From Rhynchobatus australiae (taxonomy: Eukaryota), in the NCBI GenBank assembly GCA_034780895.1, contig JAUZTB010000118.1, positions 55,567,942-55,631,847 of the forward strand: a stretch of DNA of 63,906 bases, in the 5' to 3' direction. The notes under the pieces were generated by a model. That model was given only the letters and a program-made list of their open reading frames with translations. It was not told where the DNA came from and made no database searches. A program made the position numbers and the translations under genes. Numbering within the stretch: the first letter of the stretch is position 1; each line of letters opens with the position of its first letter. Below are positions 52,872 through 63,906 of the stretch, piece after piece.

Positions 52872-53150
52872 CATGGAATCATAATAGTCAAGCATGGAAA
52901 CAAGCCCTTCGGCACAAAAACTCCATACCCACTATCATCCATTTACACTAATCCTACATTGATTCTACCTGTTGCCTATGCACTAGGGGCAATTAACTTA
53001 TCAGTCTCACATCTTTGGGATGTGGGAGGATACCAGAGCGGTAGAAGAAACTCAGTCATGGAAAATGTGTAAACTCCACACAGTGCTGAAGGTAAAGACT
53101 GAATCTCAGTCACTGGAGTTGAGCAGTAGCTCCACTAGTTGCATCACTGT
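52872..53150 (-). mobile_element. Near full-length HE1/V-SINE-type SINE
   Basis: Reverse tail 'gcatggaaacaagcccttcggc', reverse core 'tctttgggatgtgggagga' and 'aaactccacacag', and reverse tRNA head near 53100-53150. Confidence 0.8.
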
Positions 53151-53479
53151 TCTTTATCAAGGTGCGTCTTTGGCATAGAAGAAATATTACATGAAATGTA
53201 CATGAACTTTAAAAAGCTTTGATAGCCACATGGTCACAAAATTGATCAGCGTATTGTATATGAAACACAGGGATAGATGGTTTAGCATCAAATTGGAACC
53301 AAAATGGCTCCAAAAAATTATTGAAAACTTGGGTAATACAAACCAGTAACACATGATTTGAGCAGTTTTGGAGGGGTGGTGGAGGAATTTTTTTCTTGGT
53401 GAAAACATTAAAATGTTGAAAACAGCATTTAAATACTTACAAAAAAAAACTTGTCTATGAGGGGAAATATCCAAGGTTT

Positions 53480-55035
53480 GTTTGAAGGGAACTGCAATGG
53501 TCATGGAAGATTTTAATCTACATATTGATTAGACAAACTGGCAAGGTTAGCGTAGAAGAGTTTGTGGAATGCGGAAGGATGTTATGGAACCTACCTGGGA
53601 ACAGTATTTTAGATTTGTTCATGAATGATGAACAATTAACAGGTGATCTTGTGGTTAAAGAATCCCCCTAGGAGGTATTGACGACAATATGATAAAATTC
53701 CAGATGCTGTTTGAGAGAGAACACTACAGGACAAAGCCAGTGTCTTCAGCTTAAATGAGAGCAATTGTAATGGTATGAAGGTGCAGTGGTCTAAGGTGGA
53801 CTGGGAAAATAAGCTGAGAGAAGTCAGTAGATGAACAGTGATGGATATTCAAACGGCTGGTCCATGATGCTCAGCTGGAATTTTCATGGAAAATTCATAT
53901 CATGGAATTAAAGATTCCATGATAAAATGGCACAATCTGTGTTGAACAATGGAAGTCAAGGATAATGTTACTTTTTGAAAAGTAGGGCACACAGTGGTGG
54001 GGGCTGGTGGTAAGCAAGAGCATTGCAGTATTTTTAGGATCCAGCAACAAAAGATAAAAAGCTCATAAGGGAGAAAATTGATTTTGATGGAAACTTGCAT
54101 ATTATATCAAAACAAAGTTTCTGTGGATATATTAATAGGAAGAAGGCAGTGAAGTTTCTTGGTCTTCAATTTATTACTATTTTCATTCTGCACCTGGAGG
54201 AGGAAATAAAATGGAAGGGATCAAAGTTTGCTGCTGATATAAAACTAGGTGGGAGAGCGTGTAATGACGAGGACATTGTGATTTTTGCCATAAGATAGTG
54301 ACTGGGCAAAAACCTGGCAAATGGAGTTTAATGTTGGTAAGTGGAATAAAAAAAAGACACATCATTATCCACAAATTAATGAAGTTCAGAGGGATCTAGG
54401 TATTCTAGTACATGAATTGTCAAAAGTTAGCAGGTAGGTCCAATGAGTAGTTTAAAAGCCAAAATGCCATTTGTCTTCTTTTGTAAAGAGTTTGGGAGTT
54501 TAAGCATGATGTTTTGTTACAGTTGTATAGACTGTCGGTGAGGCTACACTTAAAAATCTCTGCAACATTTTGACCCCTTTGCCTAAAAAGGATTACAGTA
54601 GCATTGGAGGCAGTTTCAAGGAGTTCCACCAGGCTAAGTCCTGGGATGAGAGGATTGTCTTATCAAGAGTGTCTAGACGGTTTGGGTCTGTATTCCTTGG
54701 AGTTTAGAAGAATGAGTGGTAACCTTATTCAANNNNNNNNNNNNNNNNNNNNNNNNNNNNNNNNNNNNNNNNNNNNNNNNNNNAATAAGAAGCCAGTAAT
54801 TAGAACTGTGGTGCATAGAGATTCATTATCTTCTGAGAGGGTAATGAATGTCTATATTAGATGTATTTAAAGCAGAGACAGATAATATCTCGATCTTTCA
54901 AATATTTGAGGGTCATGGGGGAAAGCAACACACACGGAGTTATGCCAGAATAAATAAGCCATGATCGTATTGATGATGGGGCAGAATTGAGGGACTTGGT
55001 GGCTTACTCCCATTTTCTTGTGTGTATTCTTATTG
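53480..55035 (+). mobile_element. Decayed CR1 LINE (endonuclease to 3' UTR, most of the RT core deleted)
   Basis: Remnants VMEDFNLHID, LGLQFITIFI, SKFAADIKLGG, LEAVSRSSTRLSPGMRGLSYQECLDGLGLYSLEFRRM and the UTR motif 'agccatgatcgtattga'. Confidence 0.85.
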
Positions 55036-55678
55036 TTAGTTGTATTTCCTTGCCCCAATATTTGTGATCTTGAAAATCCGTAGCTTTTTAGGTGTATTTT
55101 TCCCCAGCAACTTTGGAGATTCATCAGAATGCAGATACTGAATTGTATTCCAATCTGCTACCTTTTTTTTATATTAACATTTTGCTCTCTTCAGTATGTT
55201 CTTTCTTCCGCCCAACCTCCTTGGTTTTGGGTTATTTTCCACTACCTTAGCCACCACCATTTCCCTTTCCAGTGTTTTATTTTTCCCATTACTTGCCAGA
55301 TTCATTGGCCTGATTTATATTTGCATTCTTTTAGAAAGACACCATTTCAATTGAAGAAACAGTCCTCAGAAGCTCCCGTAATTTTGACCTCCAAACTTTT
55401 TCTTAACCTTGCTCTATTAAGAATTCTATATCTGGGTAGACAAATACTTTGCAATCAGCCTTTGTTTATAACAGTCCAGGAAATTGTTATTTATCTACTG
55501 GCATTGTTAATGCTACATTACAGATATACTGGTTTAAAAATTTGTCTTGTGTAACTGATGTTGCATTGAGTAAATGTATAAATGCTTAAATTTTGTGCAA
55601 ATCTTGTTGCTGTTTTGACACATCTGTAGTGCTTTTTGAATGGGCAAAAGGAGTAACAAATGTTTTATTTTCCTTCAG

Positions 55679-55802
55679 GCTCTGTGTAAGGATAATATAT
55701 ATCCTGGTCTTCACATATTTTCAGTTGGTTATGGCAAGAACAATGAACCATTGCGTGGATATGTTCTTACATTCTTCATTGGTCTGGGATTCATATTAAT
55801 TG
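55679..55802 (+). CDS. SLC12A2: SLC12A2 exon 12 equivalent (TM9), 124 nt, phase 0/1
   Basis: tccttcag|GCT CTG TGT...TTA ATT G|gttagt; encodes [41 protein letters not shown](A). Confidence 0.97.
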
Positions 55803-56697
55803 GTTAGTCAATATTTTGTAAACTACCAGCAAAATTATAAAATGTATTACAATCTAAATCTAACTAACTGCTTCATTTTGTATTTGCTATCAAAGAAACT
55901 AAATCCACCATAGCTGCACAATTCCAGAGCAAATGTTTTGCATTTGCAAGGAAGAGGCAGCATTTTTATTTTTCTACAAATGTTTTAAAACATGACCACT
56001 GCTTTTTAAATTGATCCCTGTATATGGTATTGTACTGAATTTGACTTTGCATCTCAATAGTGAGAGAATCCTGATTAAGCTATCAATACTTGGGGCAAGT
56101 CTCATGAAGAATGAAGTGATCTGGCTTTGGAGGGAACTGAAGAAAGCTTGGGTGGGATGATTGGGTGGGGTTTGGTTTACTTTGGCAGGTGAGTGTGTTC
56201 CTTGTGAAAGACACAAGTGACTGTGTCTCATCGAGATGAGTTTGGACAGGGCAGTGGAGAAAATGAATTGTATTGTATTACAATTGATCCACAGCAAGGC
56301 TCGATATACTCGGGAAAAGAAGTCATTTTAACCTGTGTAATGTTTTCACATCCTTGGGCCATTTCAAAATGCTTTGCAGCTAAGAAAGAGAATGATCACT
56401 GATATATGTAAGCAATTTACAAATGTAGAAATGTTTGTGTATTTTGTTCCAAAAGTAATGTGCTGTCTCTTGTATGGGATGGCCTGAAAGAAATATTGCA
56501 TTTGTTAGAGTACTTGCACTTTACACACTTCAATGATGATACTGAGCAGAAATAGTTCCTGCGTGTGTAAACAGAATGAAAGTCGGGGAGAATGTGATCG
56601 TGTATGAGGATGGTACATTGTACTTGTGATTTTATTTTAATGTATATTTCTGTTGAAATGATTTCTGGGTGATATTTCGTTTGAATATGGCAAATGA

Positions 56698-56859
<162 letters not shown>

Positions 56860-57296
56860 TGAATCAAATTCAGAATTTCATGTGGATGAATGCAGTTATT
56901 TACATTTTTGGGAGGGTAAATGTTTGTCATCGGACTATTTTAGATTCTTTAGACTGTGGAATGCATTTCACCGTCAGAGTTAGTGACTTTGCCAGGAATG
57001 TCTTTGCACTTTTTATACTGAATGTTTTCAGCTATACTGGATGATTGGAGAATAGTCATGGACTCATGATGGCAAAGAACATGCTCATTGAACCCATGCC
57101 AGCTCTCTGTAAAGTAATTCAGTCAGTCCCATTTACCTACTCTAAGCCTGTAAACTGGAAGCTTGTTTCTCTCCAGCAAGCAAGCCCAGGATGCTGCTCC
57201 TGATCCTAAGCAACATTCCCAGGGTCCTGATTGTTATAGTAAATTAAGTTCCAAAGTTCCATCACTGGAGATTTTTGGATGACAATTTAAAACCAC

Positions 57297-57570
57297 AGGG
57301 TGACATTATGGTGCAGCAGTTAATGCTGCCTTACACAGCTCCAGGAACTGGGTTTGATCCTAACTGTTTGCCATCAGTGTGGACTATATGGGGTTCTGCC
57401 AGGTGCTCTGATTTCCTCCCACATCCCAAAGATCTGCTGGTAGATTAACTGGCCATTGTAAATATCCTTCAGGAAAATGAGGGGGAAGGGGAATGAGACT
57501 GATGGGATTGCTCACTTAGGAACTGGCAAGGACCTGGTGGACTGAATAGCAATCTCCTTTGTCACAGTAA
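57297..57570 (+). mobile_element. tRNA-derived SINE (HE1/V-SINE type)
   Basis: 'tggtgcagcagtt', 'gggtttgatcct' and 'ggtgctctgatttcctcccacatcccaaagat...ggccattgtaaat'. Confidence 0.75.
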
Positions 57571-58065
57571 GTCGGCCAGTGTGTTCTAATCCAATTTTCC
57601 AGAAATCATCGATTATCTTCTTGGGCAGTGAATTCCAAATTATTACCACTTTTTAAAATAAAAAGTTCTCTTATTTACCACTACTCAAGTCAAAATGAGT
57701 GAATCGGCCTTGAAATTGTGAGGTCAAATCCTGCTGAGGCAAGAATTCATTTAAGAGGGTCAGTTTTTCAATAGTATTTTGACTATTTTTTTCTACTTGT
57801 CATTAAACCAGGTAGGGTCGATTATTCAGAAAGGGAAAATGAGTTCCACTGAAGAATCAATTTTGTAACTTTGTAGGAGTCTGCACTTGTGAGTTTGTAC
57901 ATGGGTGAACGTGTACAAAGATGATAATTACAGTATTTGTAAGAGAGGAAATGGCAATTCTTTATTGCAGCTCTATTTGATGTAAAATAACATTGAGAGT
58001 TTTATAATGCCTTACCTCTCATCTCTATCATATTGAACATCATTAATCTCCTTACTTCCACACAG

Positions 58066-58226
58066 CCTTCAGTAAACGACACAAAGCAGCTTCAAGTTCA
58101 TACCCTCCATTGCTGAATCCACAGACTCCAAAACCAAGTTCAGTGGTGCACCAGTTGCCTTCATATACAGATACTCCTCCTTCAGCTGTGCACAACCAGC
58201 CTGCAACGTCCAACACTTCTACACCA
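58066..58226 (+). other. Candidate cryptic or captured exon, 161 nt, phase 1/0, Pro/Ser/Thr-rich
   Basis: Branch-like 'cattaat', pyrimidine tract 'ctccttacttccacacag|', an open frame FSKRHK...TSNTSTP, and donor 'cca|gtaagt'. Confidence 0.5.
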
Positions 58227-58819
58227 GTAAGTTATATCAAAGTTTCTTGATTTGCAGTGCATTGACAGAGGATGGGATTACAGTTATAATGNNNNNNNNN
58301 NNNNNNNNNNNNNNNNNNNNNNNNNNNNNNNNNNNNNNNNNNNNNNNNNNNNNNNNNNNNNNNNNNNNNNNNNNNNNNNNNNNNNNNNNNNGAATTCCAA
58401 ATTATTACCACTTTTTAAAATAAAAAGTTCTCTTATTTTCTTTAATTTTTAAAAATATTTTCATTCTTTTCCTCTCCTATCGTTCCTCCCATCCAAAGCA
58501 TTAAATCAATGTTCTATATCCTTGTACAGCTAGATCAGGGAAATAGCTCCAAGGTCGATAGACAACTTTTAACTTGTTTTAAGGTTAACATAGAGTTGAC
58601 AAGTCCCTGTAAAATGGTGAGTGACTTAGTTTAATAAATGTTTTAACTTTTGTGGTTTATGTTGCTCAGTTTATGATGTTTGATCATTTGTACAGCCTGC
58701 AGTTATTCTTAATAGATTGTAAGCCACCATATTAAGCAGAGCCTTATTTTACTTTGCACCACATAAAATCCCATAATGTAGCTGTGATTAACAACTTGAT
58801 TACTGTGTTTTGTACTTAG

Positions 58820-58975
58820 GCTGGCGACCTGCATTTAGATACTATAACATGTGGATTTCATTGATCGGTGCTGCCTTGTGCTGTGGAGTAATGTTTGTCA
58901 TCAATTGGTGGGCAGCACTATTAACAAACGTCATTGTCCTTGCCTTGTATATCTACGTTACCTACAAGAAACCTG
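58820..58975 (+). CDS. SLC12A2: SLC12A2 exon 14 equivalent (TM11-12), 156 nt, phase 1/1
   Basis: gtacttag|GC TGG CGA...AAA CCT G|gtaagg; encodes (G)[51 protein letters not shown]. Confidence 0.97.
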
Positions 58976-60824
58976 GTAAGGCTAATGCAAAGTGTGGACA
59001 AAGTTTTCAATTTTCTTGTGTACTTTTTTTTACAGTAATTTGCTTTTATAGAGCATATTTAGAAAAGATTCCAACAGTAGGAAACAAACTTCCTGAATGA
59101 ATGTGAGCAGGAAAGCCATTTACTGACACTGTCAGTACCAATGTCTGTTCTATAATGCTATATGACCCAAGCTGGAGCAGCACTATAGATGTGAGTTTGG
59201 AACAGGAAAGGGAAAACTGTCATAGAGCATTACTCTTAAACCTTAGCCATTACCTATTAACAAAATGCATATTCACTTTGCCAGCAGGAGGGATTATCTG
59301 TAGTTGAGGAGCCCATCTAGCCATTAACTTAGCTGCCAGTTAGTGTGGTCTAGATGGGAGGGGTTGGCTGGTTTGGGAGAAGGAGCTTGTGTTCATTTGG
59401 GGGAGCTGGGAGGCAATAGGCTGTAATTGCTGGTTGGGGATGGGGGGATGATAGTGGTTGGATAATTGTGTGCAGGGAGGGAGCAGACGAAACCTCTAAT
59501 TTGGTTCCAATACCAATCTGTACCACCTCTAGCAGATTCCCTCAACTCTCTGATATACATAGAAAGGTAATGCAGTTGTTGAAACGAAAATGTTTGGAAT
59601 GACATAGGCATTGCATGCCAATTTCCATGTTTGGGTTCCTCCATGTGTTATGTAGCAGAGATGCAATGAAATCCAGAACACAGATTATTGACTTTGCAAT
59701 CAGTGAGGCTTGACACTGACTTTTGCATTTTATTTTTCATAAAAATTGAATTGCTCATAGAGAATAAAAACATGGCACCACACAATCTAATTTGTAGGCG
59801 AGTCTTTCAGAAAGGATAAAGCTTTTTAAATGTTGGGTTGCAGGTTTTTGCTAATGCATCTGTGTTTTTCTTTAAAAAAAAGTTTAAATACATAGAACAG
59901 ATCTTTCAACTTGATTGAAATGNNNNNNNNNNNNNNNNNNNNNNNNNNNNNNNNNNNNNNNNNNTCTACATTTTTTCCCAGAGTGTTTTTAAAGATTATT
60001 AAAAAGAAATGGTACTTCAGATAAAATATCTTCTATGTTATTATTTTCTTTGCCAGCTGAATGATAGTTTCTGGCTTCTACAAGTCCACCACACATCTAA
60101 CTGGATATTACTGTTTAAAAATGTATTTCGCTTCTCCTGTAGGGCGGTCTCTTTGGCGAGAACCTGCTGCCTGAAATTTCAAGGTCCACAAATAAAATGA
60201 AAGGCTAACAAAATTTTTGTTTTGATTTAATTTCTGGATAATTGATTTTTTTAATTTAAATTTGGATAACGCTAATAAACTTAGTGGGGCATTCGCTTTC
60301 AGTGTAGATGATACTGTGTGATTTCCATTCTTTAGGTATATTTCTTTCAGAAATCTGATACTGAAGTGTGGTCATTTTGTTATTGTCTGCAGATGGTTGT
60401 CATCTGTATAATGCATTGCCATTGTTCATATTTGATTTAAATTTCACAACTAATCTTTTAGTGGCTGTTTTATTTGCCAAGTTCATGCTGCAACTTCTAT
60501 CCAAGTTAGACTCTTATTAATATTTCGAATTCCTTTTATTTCTATTTTGTTGCTTGTAAGCTTGATAAATGATTTACAGTATTGTCAGATGACTGCTCTT
60601 GGTAACTAGGTAACAGAAGATGGAAAAACTGGGATCTATACATTATTACTTAAATTCCCAAATTTCTGTTAGAAACACTGGCTCAACCATGTGTTTCTTG
60701 CAAAGTGTATTGGACTCCCAAGGAGTTGTTTCTAAACCATTGACTCCGGTCTACTATTAACGTATTCCACATTCTCCACATACTGCAACACCTAATTCCA
60801 GATGGTCAGTGTGGGGGAAAATAT

Positions 60825-61210
60825 TAAAACAAAATGCTAGAAGTAGTCAGAAGGTCAGGCAACATCTGCAGAGAGATAAACAAAATTAAAGTTTGGACTA
60901 CTGACATCAGAACTAGTAAAATTAGAAAAGAAATCTGGGTTTGGGGAGAGTATGGAAAACCAGGGTCAAAAAAAAGTCTGATGGTCGTTCAGCCTCTTCT
61001 GATCCACAATCTAATTTTTGCTGCAGGTTGAAAGAAGATCATAAAGTGTGTGTGGGTGAGGTTTAAATTGAAGATGAGTGAAACCTGAGAGCAATAAGAT
61101 GGAAGAGGAAGATTAAACAATGCTGGAAATGAGATAACAGGCTGGAATGGCTGAATATCTGAAATCATTGAATTCTATGTTGAATTCATAAGGCTGCATT
61201 GTGACTGTTC
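60825..61210 (-). mobile_element. Penelope-like tail remnant
   Basis: 'aaatgctagaagtagtcagaaggtcaggcaacatctgcagagaga' and 'tatctgaaatcattgaattctatgttga', like the 30800-30960 copy. Confidence 0.55.
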
Positions 61211-63906
61211 CCCAGATTGGTTCCTTGATATACTATTCCAGTAAACTCAGCTTCATGGAATACTTGAAATCAAATAGATGGGAAAGGTTTTTGCAAGGAT
61301 ACCTCTGGAATTTTGCTGTAATTCTGGTGGCCTATGTCACAATCAAAAACTCACCCCTTAACTAAACAAATCTTCTGACTGCAGACTTCAGATTACAGTG
61401 TTGGCAGTTGATGTGGTGCCGTAATGATGGGCTGTATATTTCTCAAATGTTGGTTGATGAATCTATTCCATGTTGTTTTGATGCAAAGAGGCAATTTTGG
61501 TAAAGTGAAAGTATATGCAAGTGTGGGCAGAGAATGGAAAAAGAGCTTTGTTCTCAACGGAAGCGATTTGTTAGAATGTTAACAGATGGTAATATCATTT
61601 GGTTGCCATGGACCAATTTGTGATATTGCAACTTCACTTTAGGGAGGTCCAGTGTATTTATCAGCAATTGTTAAAACATTTACACAGTAGTTAGGTATTA
61701 GCAGATACGAAGTTGTAATATTTTGGGGGTATGGAGTGAAGTGTGGCACTGCACAAGTTGAACACATTTTAAAATATTGTGATTCTATAATGCAAGTTGT
61801 TTTAACTAAAACAAGATTAATCAGTGATTTCTTAACGTTTCATCACATGCACATTATCAAATTTCATCTGTTGTGTGAACTTAGTGAGCCTGTGGTGGGG
61901 GGGGGGGGGGGGGGGAAATTACTTGAAATTGGACCTGTTCTTTAATTTTAAATAAGATGTTCTGAATATGCATTTATCTTTGTACTTAAGAAGTATGTCG
62001 TCAAATATTGTAGAAATTGTAAAACAAGTAGAATTATAAACTTTCTGGGTTACGACACTTTCTTTTCATAATGACATGTTGATATTACTGGCAATGTGTG
62101 CAACGTTCTTCTGAAAATCTTCTCTTGTTTCTTTCATTTATTTTGGTCACTGTCAAACATATATTCAGACAGAAACCAGAGTGCTTTATTGTTTTTTTTT
62201 GCTCACTTGGTAAACTGTGCAAATGTCATCTTGTGTTTTTTTTTCCCTGCAATCCACTGAACAATTATTCANNNNNNNNNNNNNNNNNNNNNNNNNNNNN
62301 NNNNNNNNNNNNNNNNNNNNNNNNNNNNNNNNNNNNNNNNNNNNNNNNNNNNNNNNNNNNNNNNNNNNNNNTATTCATCAACCAGAGAAACTGAAATCAT
62401 TCTGGGGAAAATGTGCATGCCACTATTTGCTCTTTTGCCTATTGCTTAAAAGGAAAGATCCATTACAGTTGTATGTTGTGGGAATCTTGTTTTTTTTAAG
62501 TGTTGGGTCAGGTAGCATTTCTCTTTAAGCTGTAATTTTTTTTCAACTTGGTCTTGGACTGAAATAAGAAATCACTTCTTGGTTTCCATGTAGAACTTTT
62601 TGGTTTAGTGTAGTAAAAGTAATCCTTTGCTGGATTTGGATGTGTGCCTCTGAAGCTGTGACATTAACTGGATGTCTGTTTCCCATTCTTTGCAACAGAA
62701 CCTGGAATTTGTAATGCATGTCAAATGACTGGCGGTACACAAGACGCTTAATCTAAAAGATATTGATACCTATAGGGCAGCTGAAATTAGAAACTCATTT
62801 CTCCAAATATTTGATTTGACTAATATTAGAGCACAATTATAATGGATTGACTGTTCAACACCATGCCTAAAGATTTGTTTTTGAGATTGCTTTGAGTCAT
62901 TGGGTTGTTTGCTACTTTTTCATTGTTTTAGTAAATTTATTTTGGATGAAGTGAAGACAGCAGACCTACAGAGGCAGTGTAAATTTACATTCTCTGTATT
63001 ACTGTACCTTGCTGAAATCCTGTTAAGATCCTTCCAAGTTTTTAATTCTTTCATCTCTTTTGTTCTTTCTCTCCCCTCACTTAGCTTGTCCATTTGTATC
63101 CTGTTGCCCCCTTTTTGCTTGCTTTCCTGCCCCAGCAATATAATTGTAAACAATCAGTATAGAGGTTGGGAGCATTCAGAAGATACTGAAAATTACTATT
63201 CAAACGGCATGACATTGCCTGGGTGAAATGTATTGGGTAAGGTGGAATTTATTACAGAACATCTGTTTGTCCAACATCCATTATTGGAAGAGTAGAAATT
63301 TCTAACAACAAAATATTCAAAGTCTTTGGTTACTGTAGTTTTTAGCTGCATTTACTAATTTCATCCCTCACCCAAGCAACTGCTTGAAGCTGAACATTGG
63401 TTTTGTATTTAACCTTGAAGTGAGTAATCGGCCACATTTAGGAAACTGCCTATTCCCATCTCTTGGCATTGCCCAATTCTCCCTGTCTTAGCACATCTGC
63501 TGCTGAATCTCTATCATCCCTATCATGCCTTTTGTTCTAAACTCGACAATTCAAAAGTATTCTAGGCTTTCCCTGCTTCTTACCCTCCATAAAATTGAAA
63601 GCATCTTAAATACTGCCCAAGTCCTAACACTCCTCCTATTTCCCCATCTTTGCAACTATCTCTGTTGCTACAAAGACTTTAAGCTCTCTACATCTTCTGG
63701 TATCTGTCTCTTTTAAGATGCTCCTTAAAGCCAACATTTCTTTGTCACCATGCCAAATGTTTTGTTCATCCTCAGGACATTTTGCAACTTTAAATGCCAT
63801 ATAAATGCAAACTCTACTGGTTAGGATGAGATGTTCTGTTAAATGGACAGTATGTAGGCATGTAACAAATGGATGTTTCATTATGGCTTCTGACAGGAAC
63901 TAATTT

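Larger units (their letters stand above)
57050..58550 (-). mobile_element. Fragmented CR1 3' end, interrupted by a SINE (57297-57570) and a foreign insert (57677-58291)
   Basis: Reverse UTR at ~57055-57170, 'gggcagtgaattccaaattattaccact' (reverse of WNSLP) at ~57625, and a continuation after the gap at 58392. Confidence 0.5.

Noticed and set aside
58976-63906. SLC12A2 exon 15 (DVNWGSSTQA...)
   Set aside because: No matching reading was found; it presumably lies beyond the window or in a gap.

Overview
This is AT-rich vertebrate genomic DNA from a gapped draft assembly. It is most likely from a cartilaginous fish (shark or ray), judged from the shark-like NKCC1 protein and the HE1/V-SINE, Deu-SINE, CR1, Rex1 and Penelope repeats. 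The whole window lies inside one + strand gene, SLC12A2 (NKCC1, Na-K-2Cl cotransporter). Thirteen coding exons equivalent to human exons 2-14 (end of the N-terminus plus TM1-TM12) can be read with GT-AG boundaries and consistent phases. The last ~8 nt of exon 8 fall in an N gap, and exons 1 and 15 onward are not visible. Introns are packed with decayed retroelements, a solo LTR nested in a CR1 and a Tc1/mariner-type MITE. The most unusual signal is a foreign-looking ~600-bp insert in intron 13 carrying a well-formed 161-nt Pro/Ser/Thr-rich exon that is in frame with exon 13 but frameshifts exon 14. Other signals: a Pro->Ser change at the conserved TM10 proline (human P676), a hybrid TM2 'AL..GM' motif, 5'-inverted (twin-priming-like) Penelope and CR1 copies, and scattered Penelope hammerhead-like cores including a fold-back hairpin. 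Repeat boundaries are approximate, and family assignments come from recognised motifs, not database searches.
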